A stretch of 64,000 nucleotides of DNA from Octopus vulgaris (taxonomy: Eukaryota). A program made the translations under genes and the position numbers. Within the stretch, counting starts at the first letter, position 1. Every line of letters starts with the position of its first letter. The stretch covers positions 114,142,001 through 114,206,000 of the forward strand of contig OX597820.1 of NCBI GenBank assembly GCA_951406725.2, written 5' to 3'. Below the pieces are notes generated by a model, which was given only the letters and a program-made list of their open reading frames with translations, was not told the origin of the DNA and did not search any database. Below, in pieces: positions 50,774-63,781 of the stretch.

Positions 50774-51648
50774 AAAGTAGTGAGGTGACAGAATTCTTAG
50801 TGCATTTGACAAAATGCTTAGCAGCATTTTTTCCATTCTTTTCATTCTATGTTCAGATTCTACATTCAACTTTGCCCTTCATCCTTTTGTGGTAAATAAA
50901 GGAATACCAATTGAATGACTAACCCTCTTCTACCAAAATTGCTGTACTTGTGCCAAAATGTGGAACAATTATTATTATGATCATCATTATTTCAGCTGAA
51001 GACACCGTTTCATTCTTCTAGAGTCAATAAAATCAAATATCAGTCAAGCACTGGTTTCAAGTTAATTGAATTATCCTTGTCTCCATGTTTTGGGCCTTTG
51101 CCTATATCCAAAACAATCATTTCTCTTCTGGTCTCCCTTTCTACCTACTTACCAGTGGCTTGTAAGTTTGTACCCCACTTCAAGAAATACTTTCACCTTA
51201 AACAACATATTTAACTCTACTTTCTTAATAGTTTGCATCGTTCTAGTAGGGTATTAAGAGCACCATCCACGCATGGTCGTTGCCAGAGCAGCCAACTGGC
51301 TTCCATGCCAGTGGCACGTAAAAGGGCACCATTCAAGCATGATCATTACCAACGTCGCCTTACTGGCACCTGTGCCGGTGACATGTGTAAAAGATTCAAG
51401 CGAGGTCGTTGTCAGTACCGCCTGACTGGCTCCTGTGCCGGTGACACGTAAAAGCACCCACTACACTCTCAGAGTGGTTGGCATTAGGAAGGGCATCCTG
51501 CTGTAGAAACTCTGCCAAATCAAGATTGAAGACTGGTGCAGCCATCTAGTTCGCCAGCCCTCAGTCATACGTCCAACCCATGCCAGCATGGAAAGCGGAC
51601 GTTAAACGATGATGATGATTTAATAGTTTTGTTTGTTTTCTATTTCAG

Positions 51649-51690
51649 ATGTTAACCGGGCAATTGAATTATTGGAAATTCTTCAAATGA
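51649..51690 (+). CDS. LIN7: LIN-7 coding exon 2 (42 nt; DVNRAIELLEILQM, start of L27 domain)
   Basis: TTTCAG| acceptor and A|GTGAGT donor; RAIELLE motif of LIN-7. Confidence 0.93.
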   Translation: MLTGQLNYWKFFK

Positions 51691-51762
51691 GTGAGTTCTT
51701 GTTTCTTTTGTATTTGGACCAAATTAAACCCTGGTTCTGTTATTCAAATTTAAGTTATTTAA

Positions 51763-51984
51763 CTCTTTAGCATTTAAACCAACCATGTCTGGCCCCCAAA
51801 TATTCTACCCATTTTATGTTCCAGACAACCCGATCAGACCTCTCCACCTATTCTACAATGTCATTCTAAAAATAACAAATCACATCACGGAAATCTTGAA
51901 GCTAAGAAATAATGCAGGATTAATTCAAAACAATGTAAATAAATAAGCATTACATTTGACGGAGTTGTCTGAATGCCGAAGGAT
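51763..51984. mobile_element. piggyBac-like MITE
   Basis: TTAA|CTCTTTAGCATT ... AATGCCGAAGGAT|TTAA. Confidence 0.55.
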
Positions 51985-54807
51985 TTAATCCAAACTTTCC
52001 ATCAAAATTTTGTATTTATATTTCAAACAACAGCTTAATAATGCCAAAGTTATTTTATTAAATTCATTATTTTGAAAATAGATTGAAACACAAGCAGTGT
52101 ATTTTAACAGAAATGTGGTAACAAAAGTGCTAAAGTGCTCTAAATTTAAACTTTGCATCACAATTTCATAAATCAAAAATAAAAATTAAATTCGATGACT
52201 GACATCAGTGCTAGCGGGGTGCAAAGAGCACCATACGAGTGTGATCATTGACAGAGCGGCTAACCGGCTTGTGTGCCAGTGGCACTTAAAAGGCACCATT
52301 CGAGCGTGATTGTTACCAGCATTGCACTACTGGCACTCGAGCCCCGTGCTAGTATTAAGAGCACCATCCAAGCGTGATCGTTGCCACAGCAGCCAACTGG
52401 CCTCCGTGCCAGTTGTACGTAAAAGACACCATTCAAGCGTGATCGTTACCAGCATCACCTTACTGGCACCTGTGCCGGTGGCATGTGTAAAAGATTTGAG
52501 CAAGGTTGTTGCCAGTGCCGCCTCACTGGCACGTAAAAGCACCCACTACACTCTCAGAGTGGTTGGCGTTAGGAAGGGCATCCAGCTGTAGAAACTCTGC
52601 CAGATCAAGATTGAAGCCTGGTGCAGCCATCAGGTACGCCAGCCCTCAGTCATACGTCCAACCCATGCTAGCATGGAAAGTGGACGTTTTAAGCGATGAT
52701 GATGATTATGATGTTCCAAACATTAGCTTAATAATGACAGTTACAACCACATGGCTTTGGGTTCATTCCCACTACACTGCATCATGGACAAGTGTCTCCT
52801 GCTATAGTCCCAAGTAAATTAATGCCTTGTGAATGAATTTGGTAGACAGAAACTGTGCAGAAGTCATCATATATATGATTTACAAATGTATGTATGTACA
52901 TGTGTGTATATCTCCCCGCCTCCTTGCTTGACAATCAATGTTGGTTTGCTTTTTGTCCCTATAACTTAGCAGTTCAGCAAAATAGACCATTGAAATAAGT
53001 ACCAGATTTAAAATATAAAAAACAAGTACTTGGGTCAATTTGTTTGATGTAACCCTTCAAGATTGTTCCCTAGTATGACTGAAACTAGTAGAAGGTGGAA
53101 GATTATTTTAAATAATACACTACCTTTGTTTCGGGTCACTACCTGAAACAAAGGTAGTGTGTTTCAACTGAAGTCTAGTAATGCAGAGTTTAAAAGCACA
53201 GAAGTTGGGTTCTGTTACAGTGAACACTTACTATTACATTTATTATCAGAGAGTTTTGATTGACATCTTATTAAATGTTACTTGATGAGAAGACAATAAT
53301 TATTATGGGTTTAAGCCAAAGTCGTGAGTTTAATCTTGATTAAACCATTGTTTTGGTGGTAGGCTGTAACTGTTAATCCTTTGAATGGTGAGCAATGGAT
53401 TGGTAGAATCCCTAGAGCATCAGACAAAATATTTTGTGGTATTTGTTCCAGCTCTTTATGTTCTGAATTGAAATCCTGCTGAAGTCAACTTTGTCTCCCT
53501 TCTCTCTTGTGTTGACAAAATAAAATAATTGATGTAATCAACTAAACCCATCCTCTCAAAAATTGCTGACCTTGTGCCTTAATTAGAAACAATTACACTG
53601 TGTAATGCTATTTTTGTCCTTGGGTAGCAGCTGTTATTTCCTATTTGCTTGCCCCTAGAAAGTATGAAAAACAGCTAATATTTCCTTCAAACTTTGCTTT
53701 CCTCAAACTTGTCTCCATTTGGACAGCTAGAAGTAAACTGAACTGTTGAGCCTATGATTCTGTATATATACTGCTATCTATGTTGCCAGAATGTTCTAGA
53801 AATCCTTGAAACTTTTAGAAAGTTTTAGAAAATTCTGCTTCAGCAACTTGGTGCTGAATCTGTGTGAGATGTAATGGAAAATGGGTCAGTTTCAAAACAT
53901 TGATGTCCAGGTCACAAAAGCGAAGTCTGATGGGAACAGTAGTCATTTTCTTTGAAAGAAACAAATAGGAAACAGGACTTCAAAGACAAAACACAAATTT
54001 GTTTCAGTGTTGTTAAATGTGGAGATAATCTTTAACATTGAGTGAACAAAAATTTAAAAATTAAACTCATTTAAAAGAAAATTTTAGTTCTTCCAATTTA
54101 CAAAAAAGGACATTTATTTATGAAAAAAAATTTTCTATCTTTATCAATCATTTAAGTGTGTAAAATATCTCTTTGAACCTTTCTGAATTTTTTTACCTTG
54201 ACCAACATTATCTCAGTTTTACTCTCATTTCATAGTTGAATATTAAGTATTAAAAAGGGGAATTAGCTGAATAAACAGTTGATCCTACAATAAAAAATAA
54301 CTTTTCATAAATTGTATAGCTTGTGAGTCCCTTTTAAGAATAAATGGATATGGTGTTGTCTGGATTCCCACTGTTCTGCATGTACCCTATGAAATATCTT
54401 TCTTTTACTTGGTTCCATCTTTAGACATTGGCAATGCTGGGACGCCACACTGGAGGGTTTGGTCGAACAAAATGATCCGAGTACTTATTGCTTTAGTCTG
54501 GTATTTATTCTGTTAGTCTCTTTTCATTGAACTGCTAAGTTACAAGGGATGTAAACAAACCAAACACTGTTTGTCAAGCAGTAAGGAGGAACAAATACAC
54601 AGATACACACTTGTGTGTGTGTGTGTATATATATATATATTATATGACAGACTTCTTTCAGTTTCCGTCTACCAAATCCACTCACAAGGCTTTGGTTAAC
54701 ACAAGGGCAATAGTAGAAGATACTTACCCAAGGTGCCACACAGTGGGACTGAACTTAAATGTGTGTATGTGTGTATGAACACTTAGCCTATGTTTGTTAT
54801 TTTTCAG

Positions 54808-54956
54808 AGGGTGAAATTGCTACACCTAATATGTCTGCCCTACAGAAGGTATTACAAAGTGACTTCCTACAGACTGTGCGAGAAGTGTACGAACATGTGT
54901 ACGAAACAGTTGATATCGCTGGCACTCGTGAAGCCCGTGCCAATGCTACAGCAAAG
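54808..54956 (+). CDS. LIN7: LIN-7 coding exon 3 (L27 domain: [27 protein letters not shown]...ANATAK)
   Basis: TTTCAG| acceptor and AAG|GTTGGT donor; strong similarity to the LIN-7 L27 domain. Confidence 0.97.
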
Positions 54957-55655
54957 GTTGGTGTAAAAGTTTTATTTCAGTTGTTTTTTTAGGTAGGTGG
55001 GTGGCTGTGTGTGCATGTGTGTCATCGTCATTGTTTTAACATTCACTTCTCAGTGGACATGGGTCAGACAGAATTTATTCAGCTAGATTTTCTATGGCTG
55101 GAGGTCTTTCTTGTCATTATCCCTCACTTGTTTCAAAGCAAAGTAATATTTCCCCAAGACCTGACATATTTTCATGGGAGATTGAAAATGAAGGACAGAG
55201 AGAGATAGTAACACACACACACTCAGGCATGCACTTATTCATATACACACACACACACACACATTTTAGGATTTTAATTTCTATTGATCAGATCTATTCA
55301 TATGAATTGGCTTGGCTCAGGGCTATAGTAGAAGACACTTGCCCAAGGTGCCACAATGTAGGACAGAACCCAAAGCCATTTGGTTGGAAGCAAACTTTTT
55401 AAGCACTCGGCCACACCTGCATGTATGTAGTTTATTGTGAGGCTTTGTGTGTGTATAAAGGTGACTGCTATATAGTGGAAATGTCTATACTCGAGAGGTT
55501 CTAAGAGTGTGTGTGTGTGTGTGTGTGTACGTACATGTGTATAGTTCTATGGAGGTGACATGCTATATCTGGATAGTTTTGTGAGTTTATATGTAGACAT
55601 GTCAGAATGTACTGAACTAGTTTCCTCCTATTTTATTATTTTTGGTCAATTGCAG

Positions 55656-55865
55656 GCAACTGTAGCTGCATTTGCTGCCAGTGAGGGACATGCCCACCCT
55701 CGTGTTGTAGAACTGCCTAAAACTGAAGATGGTCTTGGTTTCAACGTGATGGGAGGAAAGGAGCAGAACTCTCCTATATACATTTCCCGAATTATTCCTG
55801 ATGGCGTGGCCGCAAGAGAGGGTGGCCTTAAACGTGGCGACCAACTGATATCAGTCAATGGAGAG
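55656..55865 (+). CDS. LIN7: LIN-7 coding exon 4 (PDZ: [35 protein letters not shown]...[11 protein letters not shown])
   Basis: TGCAG| acceptor and GAG|GTAAGT donor; GLGF motif; near-identical to the LIN-7 PDZ domain. Confidence 0.98.
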
Positions 55866-56419
55866 GTAAGTCCTACTTATAAATGTTTAGACTCAGAGGT
55901 GATTTAGTAAAAGTATAGATTTGGTGATAGTTAAAGAATATTTATTTTATAGAGATTACCACTGATTTGAGAGATTACCACTGATTTAAGCAGCAATTGA
56001 TTCTGCACCAGAAGAGGAAATAATCTTAAGAATCTAGAATTCTATGGAACTGGCACACTTTAAAAAAACTATACACAAAGTGAAGATAATTTCGTTAAAT
56101 CACTAACTTTTCTTCTATGGTATTAAATATACTCTTATTCATCTTTGCTGTCCAAATTCATGGCACTAACAGCTCACAGTTATGCCTCATAACACCTTTT
56201 CTTATTTAATTATGCAAATTGTTCCAGACTATAAATGTCCTGCACTCTTTTTCTCTGTGTCTATGTCTAATATCTGGCAGGAGTCAAGATAGGACAGTCA
56301 CTGTGCTGTTATAGAAGAATGTGTCCAAAGCTATCCTCATGTCTTCAGGAAAAAAATTGACTTTTCTTTAATGGTATGTCATGTGTGTAGGTGGCCGGGT
56401 GTTCACCTTCCTGTCACCA

Positions 56420-57225
56420 CCTCTCGCTCAGAGTAAAAGGTAGACTGTATGACACATGTGTATGAACAGCCATGCTACATGGCAGTGAAACATGGGCTGT
56501 GGCTGCCGAGGACATGTGTAAGCTTGCAAGGAATGAAGCCAGTATGCTCTGTTAGATGTGTAATGTCAGTGTGCATACTCAACAGAGTGTAAGTACCTTT
56601 AGAGAAAAGTTGGACCTAAGAAGCATCAGATGTGGTGTACAAGAGAGACAACTGCGCTGGTATGGTCTTGTGACAAGAATGGATGAGAATAGCTCTGTGA
56701 AAAAGTGTCACACCCTAGCGGTTGAGGGAAACTGTGGAAGAGGTAGACCCAGGAAGATCTAGGATGAAGTGGTGAAGCACGACCTTCGAACATTGGGTCT
56801 TACCGAAGCAATGACTAGTGACCAAGACCTTTGGAAATATGCAAGCCAAGTGAGATCATAACCTGTGGCCTATGCCAGTGGTGTAACCAGCCCACTTAGG
56901 CATACCTTCTTTCATTGGACACTAAACTCTGCTTGGGAAGACCTGTTGAGGCAAGTGAAATTGAAATCAAAATCGATGACATCACCGCATGACTGGCATC
57001 CGTGCTAGTGGGGCGCTAAGAGCACCATCAGGGTGTGATCGTTGCCAGGGCTGCTGACTGGCCCCCATGCCAGTGGCACATAAAAAGCACCATTCGACCG
57101 TGATCGTTACCAGCATCGCTTTACTGGCACTTGTGCAGGTGGTATGTGACAAATAACTTTCAAGTGAGGGCGTTGCCAGTGCCGCTGCACTGACATTAAA
57201 TGACAGCGATGATGATGATGATGAT
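56420..57225 (+). mobile_element. 5'-truncated RTE LINE in LIN-7 intron 4
   Basis: Same family as 11385 and 25530 (REKLDLRSIRC..LRWYG..GRGRPRK); (GAT)n tail. Confidence 0.88.
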
Positions 57226-57262
57226 ATATATATATATATATATATTTATACATACATATATG

Positions 57263-57318
<56 letters not shown>

Positions 57319-57628
57319 TATCACTGTGATCACCCTGACCGACCAGGCTATCAGATGTTGCTACACATCGCTGGTCACAATGTGCTTCGCATTGTTTTAG
57401 CCTTCAAATGACACCACCCCGCTGGCTAAGCGAGCAGGCCAACAGAAGAAAGAGTGAGAGAAAGTTGTGGCGAAAGAGTACTGCAGGGAACGCCACGACC
57501 CCCTGCCAGAGCCTCGTGGAGCTTTAGGTGTTTTCGCTCAATAAACACTCACAACGCCCGGTCTGGGAATTGAAACTGCAATCCTAGAACCACGGGTTCG
57601 CTGCCCTAACCACTGGGCCATTGCTCCT

Positions 57629-57674
<46 letters not shown>

Positions 57675-58619
57675 ATATATATATACACATACATACATAC
57701 CTCTACATATGTGCATCTGCATGCCCACACACACACGGCAGGCCACTCTTAGTGCTATTTGTAGCATGTAACCCAGTACAACCTGTTGCATGGTTGGGCG
57801 TCAGCAACTGCTTGACATCCGTATCAAGCCTGCTGGTTATGGAGGATGAGTTTTGTTGGACACTCTGCAGGATGAAAAACAAAACCTGTCAAAGGATGGA
57901 AGAACTCAACAGTGTCAGTAGCCATCCAACATCTTGGAGTGAGAAACCCCAAGTCTTTGTTTAGACATCTCTCTTCTAAGTGATGTGTGTATGTAGACAT
58001 GCACATGCACAGCTATGTATATATATATATTATTATAATCATTTAATGTCCGCTTTCCATGCTGGCATGGGTTGGACGGTTTGACTGGGGACTGGTGAGC
58101 CAGAAATTCCAGCATAACAACAAAGTCATTGTGAATCCAGAGATCTGGCTTGTTTCTGAACTATTTAGCTTTGTTGGTGAGAATCTTAGTGGTGTTGTAC
58201 AAGCTGTTGTTAACTTTAAATTTCAACATTGTGACAGCCATTGTCTTTAATATTTAAGATAAGATAATTTGTGAGCAATGGTTGTCCTTGTTTACGAGTT
58301 GACAGCTACTATGTATATACGTGTATATGTATGCATGTAACTGTGTTTGTGTTTCCTTGTCTTAACCTCATGTGATAGTTGTAGGCAAGTCACTGTCCTA
58401 AAGACAGAGTCATTCATTTCTAGTCTTCTGTGAAAATATATCCATTCTGACCAAGGGGGAATATTACTTTACTTGGAAACGCATGAGGAAGGGCAACAGG
58501 AAGGGCATCCAGCTGTAGAAAATCTGCCTTAGAAAATTTCATATAACCCATGCAAGCATGGAAAAGTGTACATTAAGTGATGAGGATGAATGCATAAAAT
58601 ATTCCAATCCCTAAAAAAC

Positions 58620-59001
58620 GGCAGTTTTTAACATAATTTCTAGGTAACTAAGAAATTTTAAACTTTGTGTACTGGTAGAATGTGTTTATAAAACATATTT
58701 TTCTCTTGGCTTTATTGAGAAAATTCTATAGTTTGTTAGATATTTGTTGTTTTTTTTCTTCAATTTCTGCAATTTCAACCAATCAGTGACATCTGTTGAG
58801 GTGAAAAACATTCTGTGCCGTATGAATATGTCCCTCGTTTAAGAAACAGATTGGGTTTATTTACATTTGTGAAGAAAAAAGATATCCTTCCCCCTAACCC
58901 TAACTAACCCTAACTCTAAAACAGATTGAAATGCAATAGATCGATACTAGGGTCATAATTATGGGTGACAATTTCATATGACACCCCTAGAAAAAACTGC
59001 C
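58620..59001. mobile_element. Non-autonomous DNA element with short TIRs and internal telomere-type CCCTAA repeats
   Basis: GGCAGTTTTT ... AAAAAACTGCC ends; CCCTAACCCTAACTAACCCTAAC at about 58892-58914. Confidence 0.5.
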
Positions 59002-59763
59002 ATTCAAACGGAAAAGATCCAGTCATCATGTCTACTGGAAGTTCAATATCCGTCTGGTTCACTTTCCACTGTTTTAAAACAGTGGGGTTGGGAAAGAACA
59101 GGATAAAGTAGTAGTATTTAAAAAAGAAAAAAAGAAGAAGGGTCATTTTTGGAACAGGTTTAATCATAGTTTTGCTGTATGAAGATTGACATACTAAACA
59201 ACGATATTTATTCTATCTCTGTCTGAAAACATGGTGACAAAATGTTTTGATGATGAATGTGTTTTGAACTGAGAGAGGACATTATCAGGTTTATACATGC
59301 AGCCTGGCTTGGTGAAACACAGTATATATTTGTTGCTGAACTGATGTCAAACAATTTTATAAGTAAATGAACATATCTTATTGTTTCTTGGGAGGGTCAT
59401 CATGCCAATAATATTAAACACATACTGACCCAATTTCACTTCTTTATTGCTTGTCAATTGGTTAGTCATCACTTGTTTGTTTAACCTATTAGTTAAACAA
59501 TCAGTTGTTTGTCAAAGTCCTGGGGCATACCATTGATGAGGTTGCAAATGTCAATGAAAAGACTTTGACAAACAATTGATTAGCTAGTTGGTTAGGTAAC
59601 TAACCAATTTACTAACAGTAAAGAGATGAAATTGAACCAGTGCATGTGTGTTGTTATTATTGGTATAAAGACTTTCCCAAGAGACAAGATTTGTTCCAGC
59701 ACACAAGTTTACATCAAGAATCTTGCAAACCAAATAAACTTACTTTCTCCTCATATTTTACAG

Positions 59764-59818
59764 AGTGTGGAAGGAGAACACCATGAGAAAGCTGTGGAAC
59801 TGCTCAAGAATGCTGTGG
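59764..59818 (+). CDS. LIN7: LIN-7 coding exon 5 (SVEGEHHEKAVELLKNAV)
   Basis: TTTACAG| acceptor and G|GTAGGT donor; PDZ helix B sequence. Confidence 0.96.
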
Positions 59819-60082
59819 GTAGGTGTCTTCTTTCACAAACTCCCAGGCTGGAAGGTTTTCTTTTGTCATTTAAATATTTCCATTTGCTAGAGCTATGATG
59901 TTTTATCCAAGTCATACGTGGTTATGTGGTTAAAACTTCTTAACTACATGGTTTTAGGTTCAACCCTATTGTGTAGTACCTTGGGCAACAGTCTTCGATT
60001 CTAATCCTGGGCTGACCAAACCCTTGGGAGTGGATTTGGTGGATTGTTTCCAATATTTTATATATTTTTTCATCCGTTTCAG

Positions 60083-60183
60083 GTACAGTTCGATTGGTTG
60101 TGCGGTATACACCTAAAATTCTCGAAGAAATGGAAGCCAGATTTGATAAAACCCGTTCTGCTAGACGAAGAGCTTCACCTTAG
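60083..60183 (+). CDS. LIN7: LIN-7 final coding exon ([33 protein letters not shown])
   Basis: TTTCAG| acceptor and TAG stop at 60181-60183. The six exons sum to 594 nt, i.e. 197 aa plus stop. Confidence 0.96.
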
Positions 60184-60564
60184 ATTCTTCATCAAGTTCA
60201 GGAGGGATTTATATTTCCAACCATTCCACCCATGTGATTAATTTCCATGGGATCATCTTCAAACGCCTCCCACCCTCCTCCATTTCTCTTGTTAACTTTT
60301 CGGATGTAGTTAGTTGGTCTTTTCAATAATCTGTATATCTTTGTAAACTGCCGAGTTAACCCACTTCATATGAGACACATATTTCAAGAAAATTTTATCA
60401 TCAAGGTTTTCCCTTTCTTTTCCTTTTTATTCTAGAAATGTATTCTTGTCTTCTTCACAAGATGTAAAAATTGATTTCTGTGGTCCTCTTTTATTGAGGC
60501 AACTTTTCAACAAGGAAGAAGACTCACATATAAATGTATGCATGTATAAGTGTGCAAGCATGCA

Positions 60565-60626
<62 letters not shown>

Positions 60627-60672
60627 AGAATAAAGGATACGTACGCCGCTATATATATATATATATATATAT

Positions 60673-61015
60673 AAAATACAAAATGGGACAAGAACGTAAA
60701 ACATTCAGAAGACGATACAAAAAACATGGATGGGTCATTCGAAGCCTTTAATCTTCAGTCAAGAACCGGATCATCCTCGCAATTTCGGCTGATTAATCTT
60801 GAGATTGCTCCAATCTGACCAGCCAAGATTTCCAAGGAATCTAATGCGCTTAGCTTAGTTTTTCCTTGGGGCTGGCCAGATTGGAGCAATCTCAAGATTA
60901 ATCAGCCGAAATTACAAGGATGATCCAGTTCTTGACTGAAGATTGAAGGCTTCGAATGACCCATCCGTATTTGTTGTATCGTCTTCTGAATGTTTTGCAT
61001 TCTTGTCCCATTTTG

Positions 61016-61021
<6 letters not shown>
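60673..61021. repeat. Inverted repeat, about 150-bp arms plus flanking (TA)n, downstream of the LIN-7 stop
   Basis: AAAATACAAAATGGGACAAGAA...CAATCTGACCAGCC versus its reverse complement; spacer about 45 nt. Confidence 0.93.
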
Positions 61022-61058
<37 letters not shown>

Positions 61059-62221
61059 TGTATGTATATGTGCAGATATATGTATACACACACACACATA
61101 TGCATACATATTTACAACAGTACTCACTGATGTGTGTCTATATATACATGCATACATGCATGTGTATGATTCTGTTTGCATATATGTGGTACATGTTGAA
61201 TACATTAAAATTTATTATAAAACTTATGAGAAATGGTCTTTTGTTTCTTAATGTTGCAAACACTTGAAGATGTTATTCTAAACAGGTCTTAAACGAAACA
61301 AATCTGTCATTTCAATCAAGCAGCAACTATCTCAGTCTGTAATGTACCAAACAAGAAATTACAACAGCTGGCAGCCATTCCATAAACAAGCTGAGATATC
61401 CCATGAACATCATCAAATATATTGACTTCGTACCAATATAGATAACCGTACACAGGCTTAGAACTAAGCTATTCAATGGTAAAGTAGAATAGGATTTAAA
61501 AAGCAGTGTTACTTGATCTGGCAGTTACATCCATCAAAAGTGTATGAACATAGTTATCATTCTTAACAGAGCAAAGAAACTATATTCTAAAATTCAAAAC
61601 CAGAGGTTACAATTTCAAATCTTGTTGATGGTTGTGTACCATTATTTAAATAAAATGGACGGCATTAAGGAAGTGTTTCTGTTTACATAATATAAAGGTG
61701 ATATTTTTCCCAGATTATCATCATTGTCATTGTTTCTCAAGAGGGCCATTATGCCAATAATGAACACACTCACCAGTTCTACTTCACTTCTTTATTTTTA
61801 TATTTGCCAATTGGTTAACCGTTTAATCATTAACTAATCAGTTGTTTGATTAATTATTTGGCCGACCAATCAATCAGCTAGGTTTTTGGTAAAATCCTTT
61901 CTTCACCATCCATGACCTGATCAATGACATGCTCTCCAGGTCTGCTTCAGATCTGTCTGTCTGTCTGTCTCCTAGTTTACAGGTTCTGCATATTTATATG
62001 GATTTGAATGAGAATGTATGTGAGAGAGAAAGAGAGACTGTGCCTGTGAGCGCATGTTTGTGCATGTGCACACACATACACACATACTTAACTATAATAT
62101 CCACACCTTACACAGACATGAACATGCACTCACATCCACACACATTTACACACGTCCTCTCTCACACACATACTCACATAATCCACTGCCACACAAATGC
62201 ACATCAGTACCTACAAACATG

Positions 62222-62231
62222 CACACACACA

Positions 62232-62304
<73 letters not shown>
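62222..62304. repeat. (CA)n(CT)n microsatellite
   Basis: Direct reading. Confidence 0.95.
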
Positions 62305-62307
<3 letters not shown>

Positions 62308-62513
62308 TTCTTTCTTTCATTCTGAGGTTGCAAATAACAATGAAAGGACTTTGACAAACCTAGCTGGTCATTGATTGACTGAATGATTGGCAAATAAAGA
62401 TAAAGAAGTGAAACAATGTGTTTATTGGCATATTGACCCTCCCAAGATACAACAAAATACAAGTTCACATCAAAAAACTCAAAAACGAAATACTGAAACA
62501 AAATATCATTGTA

Positions 62514-63781
62514 TTAGGTTGTTCGGAAAATAATGACCGATTTTAAAAATAAGCCTATATTCTTAAAAGACCGAACTTGTACAAAGGTTTAATTATTCAA
62601 AATATGATCCCTGGAGAGCTCTGTATTTCTCTCATTGCTTAACAGGGTCATTTATGCATCTTTGGATAAAAATCCAAAGGTTTTGATGCCAAGAAATCCT
62701 TGAATTCAGTATCACCTCAGTTTTGGAATTGAAGGTTCTTTGCCTTAAAAAAGTGTCTAAATGCTTGAAAAAGTGGTAGTTGGTGGGCGAGAGATTTGGA
62801 GAATATGATGGATGTGGTAAAAGTATCCCAAGTCTGTGAGCTTCTGTAGTATCATCCTGGAAATGTGTGGTTGAGTGTTATGGAGCAGAAATGGACCACA
62901 TCGATTAACAAGTGCAGGTCTTATTTTGCTCAATTGAACATGCATTTCTTCCAGTTGCTTACAGTAAACTTCCAATGTAATATTCTGGTTAGGTTCCAGT
63001 AATGGATGACACCAACAGTAGATCACCAGACAGTCACCATAATCTTCTGCTGATGCAACTTCGGTTTTGGGAATTGGTTGGGTGCTTCATCATGATCAAG
63101 CCATTGACTTGATCACTTACGATTATCATAAAGATTCACTTTTCATCACAAGTCACTGTTTGATCAAGAAATGGGTCATTAGAATTTCACAGAGAGAGCA
63201 TCAAACACACCTGAAAATGCTGAGTTCTTTGATTTTCATTGCAGTTGTGCCAGAGCCATGTATCAAGTTCTTTCACTTAGCTGATTTTCTTCAGGTGATC
63301 TGATACTGTTGAAACACTGATACCAAGTATATGAGACATTTCTCTGGCACTTTGTCATGGCTTTTGTTCGACTATTGTTTTCAAATGTTGATCATCAAAT
63401 CAAGGGTGGATGGACATCCTCTAGCTTCTTGATCTTCAAGGCTCTCATCCCTACTACAGAATCTCTCAAACCACTGTTGTACCATCTGATCACTAGTGGA
63501 CCCTTCACCCCATGCTCTGTTGATATTGGTAGCAGTTTGGGAAGCATTATGTCCAAGCTTGAATTCATGCCAAAACAGTAAATGCATTTCTTCTTTTTCA
63601 TGTTTGAAATTAAGGATTTCTACACTTCAAAATTATATTCTGAAAGAAATCAACAAGAATTGAGTACACATCAATGATTAAGCATGTAAAATTTTGTCTG
63701 AAACACCATAAAAATAACATCTTAAATTGAATTTGAAGAAATGTTTCCAAAAAATCGGACACTATTTTCCAAACAGCTTAA
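62514..63781 (-). mobile_element. Near-full-length (1.27 kb) decayed mariner, Hsmar1/cecropia-like
   Basis: TA flanks and TIRs (TTAGGTTGTTCGGAAAATAATGACCGATTTT); FKLGHNASQTATNINRAWGEG...WFERF...LEDQE HTH and RPALVNR remnants. Confidence 0.9.

Noticed and set aside
60930-60970. CTGAAGA...GAAT in the 3' inverted repeat as a possible hammerhead
   Set aside because: GAAA core, NUH site and closing stems are missing.
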